DNA of 64,000 bases from the human T2T-CHM13v2.0 reference genome, Homo sapiens, in the NCBI RefSeq assembly GCF_009914755.1, contig NC_060930.1, one strand, 5' to 3'. Shown in pieces: positions 29,540-44,415 of this stretch. Both the position numbers and the translations under genes were made by a program. The notes under the pieces were generated by a model, which saw only the letters and a list, made by a program, of their open reading frames with translations, was not told the DNA's origin and did not search any database. Position 1 is the first letter of the stretch. Every line of letters starts with the position of its first letter.

Positions 29540-30983
29540 AGGCCCCAGATGATTTCTGAAGCTGCTCTTGGGAGTTCAGTGCTGCTAATCCTTCTTATAA
29601 GTAACATCCCCAGTACTATTTATCAAAAGGCAGCTCACTTAACAGTAAGAAGCTACAGCTGAGGAAATAAGAACTACTTTGGGCTATGCCATTTACTGAC
29701 AAACTGATCTTCAACATCTCTCCACATCAATATCTTCATCTGTGAAAGGTAGAAAATACAAAAAAAAAAAGGGGGAGAGAGGGCATTCATGAAAACTAGA
29801 TAAGATTTTGAATGTAAAAGTCTTACACAGTGCCTAGCAAGGTTAGATCATGAAAATATGTTGATATATTAAGAGGGATAGGAAGGATTAGACAAACTTA
29901 GCCTCTGACAGAAGAGATGGATAAAAACTGTGTTTTCTGTTTGAACTCTGTATAGTCCTCAAAATCCAGGAGAAGACAAATTAGATGTTTCCTATTAGGG
30001 CAGTTAGATAGTATCTAGCATTTGAAAAGAAACAGCTGAGCTTCAGGATAGTAACTACCTTCGAAGCTACGGAATCCTTTCAGGGTCCTAGCTGTAGGTC
30101 ACCTCTGGGTCAGAGCCAAAGGCCTATTAGCCATAGCTGAGATGGAGATGACTAATATTATACCACTAACCATTCATATTATCCAATTAAATTTTCTTGT
30201 TTTGATTCCATGGTCATAAAACAAATTTTTCAATTCATAATCTGGCTTTTTAAACAAATTTTTTTCCTAGATCACTGTCTCAACTATCCTATTCAAAGCA
30301 ATTATATTTCTCACTATAAATTAAGTTCTATAGGAAATCAAGCCTTAAGTCCCAAGACATCTACTGTTTGTAATGATTAACTTATCACACAGGCATTTAA
30401 AATGATACTAAGGGCACATTATCCTTGAGTGGATTGAGGACACACCATCTTTGGGAGGACTAAGAAAAATACTTACAAAATTCTTTTCTGTGGGCTTAAT
30501 TCTCTCCATGGAACAAACTGAAAAAGCCTGCATGAATTAACATTCCAGTTTACAAGTCTTTTGCGAACTTAATTACAAAGGATTAGTCCAATGGCCTCTA
30601 GGTTCAACGATAAGATACAGTTCACAGACCTTGACTTCACTAACGTATAAACTGGCTTATCTCAACATATGTTCTACAGAATCACTACACTTTAGTGTCA
30701 TACAGGTGACAGACCTCCCCCCCTAAAACTTTGTGTAGAAGTATTTATATTCTATTTATACTAAAAAGGCAACATTCTACTTAATATAGCTCCATTTCAA
30801 AACTTTTAATAGGTCAAAATTGTATTTTATTATATTTAATATATTCATCAGAAATAATAAATTATATTTTGAAATTTCATAAATACTAAAATCTACCCGA
30901 AAGAAATAAAATTTCATGGGGCCTACAGATTTTAGATTAGGATAAAGGCAAAGGAGCAAAGCAGCTGAATTAAAATTCAATGG

Positions 30984-31335
<352 letters not shown>

Positions 31336-31914
31336 TCAGTTTCCCATTTAATGTCCTACTGAAATCTTACTCAGAATCTTTATTGCTGAAAAAAATGACA
31401 TCCTTCTCCTAACTCAACAATTACACTTTTTTTTATAAAACACAAGTTTCATGTTTATTCAAAGAGAAAATTCTGGAAACATTTAGCTTTTGTATTATTA
31501 TAAAGCTTTTATAATCTAATACTGAGAATGATGTTTGAGGGAGGGAAGGAGGAGGAGCCAAGCAACCATAAGTCTGGGATTAAAATGACTCTGTGGAGAG
31601 TAAAGTTGATAGTACAAATTCCCCAGAGACTGCAGTCTACTAATGGCAATACTTAGAAAAAATTTTTAGAAAATTGAAATTTAAAATCAAAAAAACAGGA
31701 GTGGGAAATTGGTAATGATAAAAGGAGAGGTGAGATTTAAAGTAACTTGACTGAACTGCTACAAAGAAGTGTTACAAAGTGAATCTAAATGAAGCAAAGT
31801 AGGTTCAAGAAGTTTCAGGATTTTGAAAATGAATACATATTATTTATTCCTGTTGTAGAAAACAGAAATCTCATATGTGGTTTCAAAATTAAAAGTTTAT
31901 ATGTAGCTTTATAT

Positions 31915-32522
31915 TGTAGGAGTTATTAAGAAATTATTGTAGGCAGATAGAGAGGAAAACGGTCCTTAGGAAGTTTTCATCTTTTAAAGCATCTCCAGAA
32001 AAGTTTAGGCAACCTTTGATATGCAAATGCAAGCCATTAGAAACTGGGTCCACCCAAACCTGGCAATACCAGCACTCTTCTTCTTGCCCTTGCCCCACAT
32101 GTTCCTGGCGACATGGCCGTCCCCACATATCCCCACCTGTGTAGAAGATCATGGCACCCTGTATTGGCATATTAAAAGGCTAGGTGGGAGGGTCCTTTTT
32201 TTTTTTTTTTTTTTTTTTAACAGGCTATGTGGATGACATGCCTGGTCAAACCAATCCTGAGCCCTATGCAAATCAAACACTGGCACCTTCAGCCTCTTCA
32301 TATACCTGACTGGTATCCGTGGCAGGTGGGGTTCCCTCTCTTGGTTTTGGAGCTCCCCTCCCTCTGTCTCTGTACAGGGGAGCTTATTTCTTTCTTCCCC
32401 CTTCTTTCTTGCCTACTAAACTCCCTGCTCCTTAAAACTACTCCATGTGTGTCCATGTCATTTTTTTCTAATTCGACCCAAGAGGAAGAACCTGGGGTTC
32501 TCCACTCATCGGAGTCGTATCA
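31915..32522 (+). mobile_element. ERV1-class solo LTR (MER50/MER83/MER84 group)
   Basis: TGTAGGAGTTATTAAGAAATTA...AGGCAGATAG start, ...GTATCA end, 4-bp TSD ATAT/GTAT (1 mismatch). Confidence 0.8.
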
Positions 32523-32571
32523 GTATTTTGGTTAGCAGTCCAAATAGGGAAAGAAACTGAAAGATACTTAC

Positions 32572-32632
32572 TATAGTAACCGTATAATACAGTGTCCTCA
32601 ATCTGTCTGCTGACATTAGCATTAGCCCAGTC
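32572..32632 (-). CDS. LMBRD1: LMBRD1 coding exon 3 (DWANANVSRQIEDTVLYGYY + first nt of Thr)
   Basis: Acceptor TATCCTAG| after a pyrimidine tract, donor |GTAAGT at 32571-32566; 61 nt; matches recalled LMBD1 sequence. Confidence 0.97.
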
Positions 32633-34528
32633 CTAGGATAAAAGGAAACAATAGAAATATTAATGAAACACCCATTTGCCTAACAATTAAAAGTCAAGTT
32701 TTAATACGACTGAATATCACTTCCAAAATCTATCCACCCACATAAAAACAATCTATGTCTTCAATAAGTGAGAGACAGACAATAGACAAATTTCAGTATG
32801 TAAATGCTGAGATAAGACAACACAGTTCTGGGAAAACACAGACAAAAGGCACCTAACTCAGACTGAAGATGAGGAATGGCTTCTCAAAAATGACTAAACT
32901 GAGACCTGAAAGGAGGGAGAATGATCTCAGGGAAACAGAAAATAGTAGGAAGGAAAGAGGGAGTAAAGAACATACACAGAACGTTTGAAAAAAGCTTCAA
33001 GAAGCTAAATATAGATTCAATTGAGCTTTTGGAAAGGTAAGAGAAACCAGGTGGAGAGAGGGAAGAGAAGGACACATATGTCAGGGGCTTGTGAGTCATG
33101 CTGAGTACTTTGGACTTTGTCCTAAGGGCAATGGAAAATAGTGATGAATTTTATGCAGAGAGCAACAAACCTGATTAGTACTTCAGAAAGAACATATTTG
33201 AGCATATTATACATTTTTTTAAAAACCTACAGGAAAAATCAGTCTAATCTCCTTTGCATTCATCCCACACAAGGGTTGTTCGAATTACTAAGCTTAGAAA
33301 ATATAATTCAAATTAATCTTTTCCAATAGAAAAAAAATCTATACCCTATTCTGTCAGAACTAAGGTACAATGTCAAGCCTTTTTGGCCTATACTCTAAAT
33401 TCTGTGCATGTGAAAAATTAAACGTGGAGAATCTAAAGGACTTATCACTGCTATTAAGTATAAAGCAAAATTTAGAATCCAGGTCAGTGTTTTATAAACA
33501 CTTAAAGAGCTCAAGTCAGTGTCAACATTCTATGAGTGCTCTTAAAAAAGGGCATCAATATTTAATTCTCTTAAGATAATTAAGGATTTTTCTTTTCTCT
33601 TTTTTTTGCCCATAAACACCTCTAGCAATGAGTAGCTATAAATTTGCTGATAAATGCCTAAAATATAAAAAAAGTAGAAAATCCAAACTTACTTCTACAA
33701 AGGCAAAACCTTGATATCCAAAGCACAATAAAAACAATATGTTCCCAATAGTAATAAGGAATAGTAACAAACCCTTAATAGGCCAAATAGAAACATTTAT
33801 GTTAACCATATAAAAAATAAATCACAGGATATAACAAATTTAATAAATGGAAAGTCATCTGTTCCCACATTTAAAGATTGTAAATACCAACTGCCATCCA
33901 AATTAATCTTAAAATTAATATATATCACCAATCAAAATCCCATTGTGCTAGGAGGTAGAGTATATTAACATATTGATTCTAAAAATCATCTGACAAAACA
34001 AGCTAGGGCCAGAAATAAATTTGAAAAAGACCAACAAGAAGGAATTTCCCAATTACTATCCTTTACTAATAAAACGTGAAAATCCACTATTATATAACCT
34101 TTCACCTACCTATTGGCAAAATTTAAAACAATAACATCCAGTAATGCCAAAATGTGGAGGGAAAGCCATCTGCTACACAGTAAGATAGTCTACCATGTAG
34201 ACATTCTTTATTGAATCGATCCTAAAAATATTCACACAAATTAGGATGGATATTAGTACATAGATAGTTTATTCATTGGACAATACTACTTGTCCAACAA
34301 ATTACCTCAGGAGCTCTTACAAAGCGATAAGCTAGCCCAAATGGGCCCTTCCTTTCCCACACAGCAGGAGCTGTACCAAATTCCATCACTCATTGGACTA
34401 AGAGACCCAAAGTCTCCAGGTGTTCAGCAATTGTCCTAGCATTCAGTGAACTACTTGTACCTACTCAGCTCATATTCTTTGGCACCCAAGTCCAAGGTGT
34501 TTATTCTACCTGCAAGACCATTCTTAAG

Positions 34529-34790
34529 AGGCCAGGTGCGGTGGCTTACATCTGTAATCCCAGCACTCTAGAAGGCTGAGGCAGGTGGATTGCTTGAGGT
34601 CAGGAGTTTGAGGCCAGGCATTGTAGTACACACCTATAATCCCAGCTTCTTGGAAGGATGAGGAATGAGAATTGCTTTAACTTGGGAGGCAGAGGTTGCA
34701 GCGAGCCAAGATCATGCCACTACACTCTAGCCTGAGCAACAGAGCAAGACTCTGTCTCAAGAAACAAAAAAAAAAAGAGAGAGAGAGAGA
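34529..34790 (+). mobile_element. Alu (AluJ/S) with internal deletion and (AG)n tail
   Basis: Left arm jumps from GGAGTTTGAG to the right-arm GGCCAGGCA, lacking the central A-rich linker. Confidence 0.85.
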
Positions 34791-35454
34791 AAAGACTAGG
34801 AGGTTATATGCCTCTACTAAAGCACCTGCACTGTGGGAGAGTTTCTCTCTTTGCCTAATGTAGTTACAAAAGAACCTGAGCACTTGCTGACCCTTGTCAG
34901 GGTAAATTAGACCCTGTACTAATTAACATTTATTGGTTTTGGGCCAAGAGTCCTTTACCCAACAATATTCGGTGTAGGGTCGTTTAAAATATTTTTTAAA
35001 AGAAAAATGAAACTGGAGACAATCTAAATGCCAGAATAGAAATAGTAAAATTTACTACTGTACATGCATAACATAGAATAACATGTTGACATTAAAAACA
35101 ATGAGACCTATATAAACTAGCATAGATAAATATCTATGAAGTACTTTTGAGTAGGAGGAAACAGAACAAATCACAACCAAAAGTTTTAACACATGTAATC
35201 TTTGTCTAAAAAATGTAATGAAAGAAATACCCAAACATATTATAGAAAAAATGAAAAGAAAATGTAAGTAGCGCTTACCACACAGAATGGGAAAGCACTG
35301 GGGAGAATTCTGTGCAATGACTGAAAATTTTTTCATCAATGATTCAAGTATCCAAATGAATATGTACATAATCAAAGCTTCAACTCCTAAGAGCTGTGCT
35401 TCTTTAGTGATTACTTCTGTATCAAAACAGAAGTTTAAAAGTATTTTTGTGGGT

Positions 35455-35743
35455 TTTGTTCTGTTTTTGAGACAGTGTCTCACTCTGTCACCCAGGCTGC
35501 AGTGCAGTGGCATGATCATGGCTCACTGCAACCTAGACCTTCCCAGGCTCAGGTGATCCTCCCACCTTCAGGCTTCCAAGTAGCTGGGACCACAGGTGCA
35601 TGCCACCATGCCCAGCTAATTTTTGTATTTTTTGTAGAGACTGGGTTTCACCACGTTGCCCAGGCTGGTCTTGAACTCCTGGACTCAAGTGATCTGCCTG
35701 CCTCAGCCTCTAGGTTTACAGGTGTGAGCCACCATACCTGGAC
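35455..35743 (-). mobile_element. Alu (AluJ-type)
   Basis: Antisense Alu with AluJ-like GATCATGGCTCACTGCAACC and GCTCAGGTGATCCTCCC. Confidence 0.92.
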
Positions 35744-36509
35744 TAAAAGGATTTTGAAGATGAGCAAATTAAGAACAATGTATCAATGGGCCAGAGAATA
35801 ATAACAACTATCTTTTTTTTACTTCTTATATGTTATACAAACTTCCCACCAATTTCCAAGACAGCCCCAGGAGGTAGTAATGTCTCCACTGAGAATCACT
35901 TAAAAATTAGTTTAAAATCAGACAAAATCCCAATCTCAAAAAAAAATATTAAAAATAAAAAGTCTGAAGGTTAACTTGAAGCAAAAGAATCATTGAAATT
36001 TAGCATCTTTTACTCTATAAGGATCTTTTGCCTAACCAGTTCTTGTGGCAACAGGAGTATTGCTGTTACTATTTTAAAGCTACAAATATGTGTAAGATAT
36101 ACAACATCACTCAAGTACTGTTAGTGTATTTGGCTTTTACATACTCTCTTGCCTCCAAGATACTTGATGTATTGTCAAGAGAGCTTAGTTTGTAAAACTT
36201 TCCTTCTAATTTTGGGAACCACTATGACCTTGATATGTTTTATAAACTATTGCCTCTCGAAGTAGAAACTAAAAGAAACTTCAGAGTCATTTAGGACACA
36301 AAAGAATGTGAGACAATCAAGAACTAAATAAAGAATATTAAAGAAGAATATTTCAGAAGACAAGGATATGAATTCCACAGAACAAGAATGTAATTGGTCG
36401 CATATGTAAATTCCATTCCCCATTTTTCAAGTTGACTTTTGAAACCTGCTGCATAACCCAAAACTCCAAAATGATTCTCCTCACTTTTACCTGATAACTT
36501 CACCATAAA

Positions 36510-36712
36510 AATGGTGGTTCTCATTCAGGAGCCATTTTGATCCCCATGGGGCATTTGACAATGTCCGGAGACATGGTGGACAGAGTCAGTATACTACAGG
36601 AATCTAGGAGGTAAGAGGTCAAGGACGCCACTAAACACCTACAATTCACAGGGCAGGCCCCCATAACAAAGAATTATCCAAGGCAAAATGTCCATGATTG
36701 AGAAATACTGAC
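36510..36712. mobile_element. MER20 hAT fragment
   Basis: GGTGGTTCTCA...CATTTGACAATGTCCGGAGACA...CATAACAAAGAATTATCC. Confidence 0.75.
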
Positions 36713-36949
36713 TTAGAGGTCTCTAAAATAATTTGCAGCCCCAAGACAGGAGCTCACTCAACTTACTATTAAATCTAAAACATATCTCCATTTGTATCCA
36801 AATTCTAGACCTTCTTTCCTCTGAAATACCCACACTCCTATTACACCCAACCCTTTCACTTTCACTCACCCTTCTGGAGGAAACTGCACCTGCAATACCT
36901 TCTCTCCCCTCAAAAATTTCTCTCACTGTACTGAATTCTAAAGTATACA

Positions 36950-38300
36950 AATTCTAGTAACTATTAAACACAAAGAGATACACAAACACCACAAATAAAA
37001 ACACCTCCATTAACCCACTTCTCACTTTCGTAGAGAACAAAAACTTCCTGAAAAGTTGTCAGCATTCCTTATCACTTCTTCCTTACTTCTCTGTCCATAT
37101 CTAACCCACTCAACCTAACCACCCTACTGTTCTGCTGAAATTATTCTTCATGGTCACCACTGACCAAAGCCACCAGTCACTTCTCTACCCCATTCACTTC
37201 ACCTCTCAACACCACTGAAAAAAGCTATCATTCTTTCTTCCTGAAACACATTATTCTGATTTCCATAAAGCCTCCCTCTTCTGTTTTTCTTATCTCTCAG
37301 GTTGCAGATTCTCCCCTTCAGCTGACCTTCTACACGATAGAGAACTCCAGTCCTCGGTCCAGTGTCAAGGCTTCTCTGACTACTCAGTCTTCCCAGCTGC
37401 TAGTCAGTCCATAACTGTAGATATCATCCATATGTTGCTTCCCAAATACTTCTCTCCAGCCCTAAGCTCTTCACAGAGCTTCAACTCCCTACTTAACACC
37501 TCCACCTGGATAGATAGTACAGTACACACTTTAAAGGTAGCCTGTCCGAACTATAACTCTTTTCTCTACACCCCCTCACTTGCCCATGCACATGCCCTCT
37601 TATTCCTCTAAGTTTCCCTATTTCTCTAAGGTATACAAAAACCTAGGCATCAGTGCTCCAATTTTCTTTTTCTTTCACCTGTCCCCCTATATCTAATCTA
37701 TCAGCAGATCCCAGCAGCTCTACCTCTAAAATACATGCCAATTTTAATCATTTTTCTCTACTAGCACCACTCTAGCCCAAGTCACCTTTATCTTTTACCT
37801 TCATTAACTTCATATTGCAGTTAGGAGAAAATCTAAACTTATTAATATGACTTAAAAGTCATGAACAGTCTGGCTCCTGCCTTATTCTGGATCTCAGCTT
37901 TTACCAAAGCAAAACCCTCAACAATACATGTCAGCCAAATAAGCCAAGTTCATCCTGGCCTAAAGGCCTCTATATTTGCTGCTGCTTCTCCCTAAAGGCT
38001 CTCTCCCTCTGGCTCTTTACTAGATTGGCTCCTCATCCAGGTATCATGGCAAGAAACCTCAGCAGTTTTGCCTTCCTATCCCCCTCTCCAAAACACTCAT
38101 AACCTGACTAGACTCTCATATCAATCTATTTCCTCATAGAATTTATCACTATAAAGTTACCTTATCTTATTTGTTGATTATTGATCTGGCCTTGCAGACT
38201 AAGCTCCATGAGAAAAGCAACCTCATTTGCCTTAATGATTAATCTCCAGTACCTACAATTGTCAGGCACATACTATATATTTAGTAAATATTAAGTAAAT
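36950..38300 (+). mobile_element. L2 fragment
   Basis: C/T-rich L2 body ending TAAGCTCCATGAG...CAGGCACATA...TAAATA. Confidence 0.7.
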
Positions 38301-39464
38301 AAACATATTTAAGGTTCAATAAAGAGCACAAAGTTCTAAGATACAGTTCCCACCATTTGAAAATAGGAATGAGGGAGCAGTAGAGTTTAGCCCAGACATC
38401 TAATAACAGTCCATAAAGATATTCATAATTAGGGAACAGGAGTAAGATATGAACAAACACCAAAACATTAAATGTTTTCATGACATACCTTAATATTAAC
38501 TAATTTTTTTATTTTTACATGTTGTGTAAAAGAAAGAATATTTATTCATATTAGTGTCGATTTCTTTTTTTTTTTACTATTGGATCAGTATATTTCATGT
38601 ATATCCCCATCCAATGTTACTGGCCAACTATCAAAGACTGTTAAAGACAGCACTTCCAGCTGTACTCTAAAAGGTTCTCTTCTGTTATCTAAAAAGTTAA
38701 TTACTTTAGAAAAGAAGCTAGAAACAAATTATCTAGCTAAAATTATTAATAATGCCATATGCTGAAAGAAAGGTCAACAGAAACAACTCAGGCATTATAA
38801 TATACCCCTGCCATAAGAAGGCAGAGAAAGCTAGAAGGGTAACTAAAACAAAAATAAAGAAACTAGCAATGACTGCCTGCTCACAGAAAAGCCTGGGCAC
38901 CTTCTGTTTTTAAGAAAAATGTTAGCAATCATTAATATGTAGAGTTTCCAAATAATTATACCTTAGAAGACAAGTCCATAATTAGAGAGAGGCTTCAAAA
39001 TATTTGAGGTGGAAGTAGAGAAAGTTAGAGAATGTATATATTCATTTAGGAATTTCAAATGCACACTGTAAATATTATTATACATTAGCATTCATCATGG
39101 AAAACAATGTCAACTTGTACATTCATCTTTACAAACAAGGTTGGAATAGACCAAAACCACGTTGGCATCCTTTTTACTCTGACTACATTTACAATCGTGG
39201 CATGAAGTTTGAAGAATTAATTCTTAAATACTTAAACTTATCTTTCACTAGGCACCTGAATTCAGTAATAACTTTAGGAAAAACTACTGTCTAGAGTTTA
39301 TCAGGAAAATGTTTTCAAAAATTTTTTCAGTACTACTTTTGAGAGTCAGCAAATAGTCCAGTTTCAAATAAAAACTCATGAATTTCACTAATCCTCACCG
39401 AGCCGCCCAAAATGAGAAGGGAAAATACAGACACACAGAATGTTTCAAGGTATCAAAAAAACTA

Positions 39465-39827
<363 letters not shown>

Positions 39828-40204
39828 CTAATATCCTAATAATGAAACAAAGTTTTAAAAAAGTAGAGGGAAAAGTTTTAACAGATATTTTCCCCTTCTA
39901 AATATTAGTGTAACATTTAGATTTAACAAATATAGTGTGTTAACTACAGCCATATTTTTTTTCTTTTAAGGGCACATGTATTAAAACAAGCACCCTCAAT
40001 TTTTATAGTTAATATTTTTGCTTCTTTAGTGGATTCTTAAAATCTTGTTCAAACAAGTATAATGCAATCTCATAGATTTAAATATCGAAAACAAAGAAAC
40101 AAAACAAACCTATTTCCTAGGAAGCGAGCACTAATTTAAGCATGTGCTCAAAACAATACTTAATCTAATAGAAAGTTCATAATTTCATGAAAATACTTTA
40201 GAAA

Positions 40205-40270
40205 TTTTTTTATTATATTTTAAGTTCTAGGGTACATGTGCACAATGTGCAGGTTTGTTACATATGTATA
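40205..40270 (-). mobile_element. Extremely 5'-truncated L1PA 3' tip
   Basis: TTTTATTATATTTTAAGTTCTAGGGTACATGTGCACAATGTGCAGGTTTGTTACAT. Confidence 0.85.
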
Positions 40271-41318
40271 AAGATGAAATGTTTTCCCACAAAATCTAAA
40301 TAAATCAAACATGCTCAATTCTAAACTAAAAAAATCTCCGATTCAAACAATAATTATACCAGGGATAATTATATGACCTCTATACATCAGAATACACACA
40401 TATACATATATATCATTATCTATTTAAACTTAACAGCTTTCAGAAAGAAAAATATCCTAGAAATTTATAATTATGTACTGTACATTTGGAAGTATACTAC
40501 ACTGTTTTAAAATAAAAAGAATATCCAGAAATTCTGAAAATGTCAAAATCTCTTATCCAAGAAACAAAGCGATATACAGAGCCAAAAGAAATTAAACATT
40601 TTTATAGAATTTAATTCTAAAATGACACTTATTTATCAGAGAAAATGACCTCATAATGTTACAATCAACCATTTAATTATCTATGTCTAACAGTATTAAA
40701 AGTGTATTTATTCTTGCCCAATAATAAAAAGCAGAGAAAACCCAATGACACCAGTAAAATTAGTCATTTTCTCTAGAAATAATGTTTCAACCCAAAATAT
40801 AAAATGTGAATTAAGTTTATATTTTGAAAAAATGTAGAATCACTAGTAGGTATCCTATTTACTAGGCTACCTGAAAATATCTCTTACTTGTTTAGAAGCC
40901 ATCTTCCCAAGAAACCTCATGAACAAAGCTCTCTGGAACCAAACTGCAGAGCTTCAAATCCCAGCTTCAGCACTTACAGGCTATGTTATTTCACCTCTTT
41001 GAACCTTGATTTTTCAGCCACAAAAACACAGATACTACTACTTATCTCACAGGATTGTTTAAGAGACCAAAGGAAGTTACTAAATGTAAATCACTTAAAA
41101 TAGAGTCTGACACATAGCAAATATTTAATAGATGTTATTTACTATCTTTATAACATTACAATGTTTGGCACACACTAAGTGCTCAATTAAAACTTGCTAA
41201 ATGGTGTACAGAAAAAAAATGTGGTTTTCACAGCAATCAGAGTATATCTAATTTTCATAGTAATCAGAATAAATTTAAACCTAACTACAAAAATATTTTC
41301 AAATTATTTACCCCATTT

Positions 41319-41650
41319 GGACCAGGGATCGTGGCTCATGCCTGCAATCCCAGCACTTTGGGAGGCTGGGCACGTGGATCACTCGAGGCCAGAAGTTTAA
41401 GACCAGCCTGGCCAACATGGCAAAACCCCATCTCTACTAAAAATACAAAAAGAACTAGCCAGGCATGGTGGCTGCATGTCTGTATTCCTAGCTACTTGGG
41501 AGGCTGAGGGACGAGAATCGCTTGAACCCAGGAGGCGGAGGTTACAGTGAACCAAGATCATGCCACTGTACTCCAGCCTGGGCAACAGAGTGAGCCTCTA
41601 TCTCAACAAAATAAAAAATATATATATAAAATAAAATAAAAAATAAAATA
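41319..41650 (+). mobile_element. Alu (AluS/J)
   Basis: Full dimer with (TAAAA)n tail; TSD AAATTATTTACC. Confidence 0.93.
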
Positions 41651-42373
41651 AAATTATTTACCTAATTTAGCCCAATTCAGGAAGTTATTTTGTAATCATG
41701 TATTATTAAGATAAATGAAAAACTATTTCATTCAAATATTTAAGTACTAAAGCTAAATACTGGGGCTACAACAACAGAGACAGTTCCTGAGTCACAGAAG
41801 CTTAAGCTAGTAAGAAACTTAAAAGTAATTTGCATAATTTAAAGGAAACTCAGAAACCTTTAGTCCACACCCTTCATTTTTAAAATGAGGAACCTCAAGT
41901 CCAGAAAAGTTAAGTGGTTTGGCTAAAGGTCCACAGCTAGACAGTTAAGGGTCAAGACTAGAACTCAGATCTTATAATTCCCAGCCTAATTCACTACACC
42001 ATACTGACTCAAAGTACTCAATATGAAACGGAGATTAGGATCCTGATCTGCCACTAACAAAAGCCCTTCTCAATTATTTACTTATTGCATTAATGCAAAT
42101 CAAATAAGCTTCAAGGGAGTTATGAGCAGCAAAAAATATATAACCTATTATGATTACTTAAAGCATTTGCAGGGCGGCTGAATTAATAGTTCTTATGTCA
42201 GTTGTAAGTCTGCTTCTGGTCTATCAGGTTAGATGTCACATTCTCAGCTTCTATGTTGTATTTCCATTCTCATTCATTCCCAGATACAAAAATAAAACAC
42301 AATATGTATCGGACTGCCAAGTGTGCCAGAAATTTGAAAGGAAAAAAAATCTGCAAAGTAAGATTATATTTAC

Positions 42374-42550
42374 CTTAAATGTACCATTTTGATTTTTCAT
42401 GTAAGAAACCAAAAATATATCCACTGGTAGAAGTGCTGATGTGATAAGTGCAATTGCTAGAGAAAAAATTGCTGTTATGGTGGAGACAACTTCACTTTCC
42501 CGCCGACTTTGGTATTTACGAACATATATCCAGCAGAATGCCAAAATAGC
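42374..42550 (-). CDS. LMBRD1: LMBRD1 coding exon 2 (AILAFCWIYVRKYQSRRESEVV...SYMKNQNGTFK)
   Basis: Acceptor TTTCAG| at 42552-42551, donor AAG|GTAAAT; 177 nt, phase 0-0, in frame with exon 1. Confidence 0.98.
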
Positions 42551-43868
42551 CTGAAATAGAACAAAAAGAGATGTTTGTTACTACCCAGTGTATTTTCTCT
42601 GATTTTTGTATGTGTTTGAAAGTTTCTAGCAGGAAACCTTATGTGAAGTAAAGGTTATTTTAGTTGTGTAAGGAAAGCCCACTATCCCTTAAAAACTTGT
42701 CCAGGATGTATAATTTTCAAAGCCTACTTCATGAATGCAGTACATCACGTATGCATACACACACAATACTATTAATAACAGTGCTCAGCTACATATTTCC
42801 TCATTAAACACAGTGCAAACGTTAATGGTTTCACACATCACAGTTATAACTAGCTTTGAATATTTTTTTCCCTGTAGATTTTTCCAACCTAAAAGAGATA
42901 TGAGTAGAAGCTGTTCTATTCTAGGCTTATTACTGAAGCATTACAAAATATAACTTGGATGAAAATTAACTTCTGTCCTGTTCTGACAGTTCAAGAATAG
43001 CATTGAGCTAAAGATTAACTGCCAGTAATCACCATGCAATTATCACATTATACTATAATTTAAATTTTAAAGAGCATTAAACAAAGAAAAGTCAATGCTG
43101 AAAATGGATACATGTGCACAGCAAGGAGCTTTCCAGTGAAAAAAGTTCACTCAGAGGTAGAGGTTGACATCTCTAGTCAGCCAAGTACTCTTAATAGTTA
43201 CCAATGCCATTCTAGTGACTAACACAGAGCATAGGACTTTAATGATTCTCTAACGTTAGGAGGCATCGGAATCACTTGGAGGAACTGTTAAAGCACAGAT
43301 TGCTAGGCCCCATCCTCTGAGTTTCAGATTCAAGAAGTCTGGAGTGGAGCCAGAAAATCTGCATTTGTAACAGCTTCCCCAGGTGAGGCTACTGCTGGTC
43401 CAGGGCTGTATTTTGAGAACTTCTACTCTACTCATAGGGAGTTGCAGACAGAGACTGTGTTATTTCAGCCTTCACTGTGAGTCAGAATCACCTGGGTAAC
43501 TTTTAAGTACCCTTATAACTTCCCTACATTCCCCAATCAATTCTATCAACGGAGAATAAGGCTCCTCCAGGCATCAGTACTTTAAATGCCTGAGGATTTC
43601 AATCTGAGCCAAACTTGAGAACCATTGTTCTAAATAAGAGCTCTGGTAGTTTTAAAAGCCTTGTTTTGACCTTTCACTTTTTCAACAGCGGTTACTTTCT
43701 TTCTGAGCATCCTACAATTCCAGGGCCCAAATGAAACTAATAAAACCACCAAACTAGTTTTGCAGCTTCCAAATCCTTCTACCGCAAGCAAGATACAAGA
43801 ACAATTCCATCATCTCAGAAAATTCCTTTGTCCCTTTGTAGTTAACTCCTCTCTCTGCCCCCAGCCCT

Positions 43869-44415
43869 TGAGACAGGAATAATGCATGATGTTCACAAGG
43901 GCTAAAAAATTCCAGAGAGCAGTTTTCCATGACTAGAGGCTAAGGGCTAATAAGACCCTGAAAAACCAGGGTGTGGACCAAGCTGGTTAAGACCCACTGG
44001 ACCCAACATGGCAATGGATTTGACCTAGGTTTCACCTAGGACCTCATTATATGCTCATTAACATGCTCAATCACACACCTACCAGCACCATGGCAGTTCC
44101 AAGACCACTCATATTTGATGTAAAAATGGGTGGCACCACAATTTCAAGAAGTCTCTACTTTTTTCCAGGAATTTTCATGAATATGTCCCTTGGATAAAGA
44201 AACCCATAAAGGTAGAAACTCCAAACCTCACCGTGTGTCTCTCTCTTAAGAATGCCCACACGAGTGTGTACTTTTCCCTTTAATAAATCTCCACACTTAC
44301 ACTATTTTCTGACTTGCCCTTTAATGTCTTCTCATGACAGTGTCAAGAGCCTGAAAACCAGCTGGGGTTGAGATCCCACCAGTGTTTGGGGATCTCCCTC
44401 AGCCCACCAGTATCA
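43869..44415 (+). mobile_element. MER66-like ERV1 solo LTR within an L1M fragment
   Basis: TGAGACAGGAATAAT...CAGTATCA; perfect 4-bp TSD CCCT; AATAAA at about 44282. Confidence 0.85.

Noticed and set aside
42251-42373. ORF 42251-42544 extending past exon 2
   Set aside because: Read-through into intron 2 beyond the AAG|GTAAAT donor; only 42374-42550 matches LMBD1
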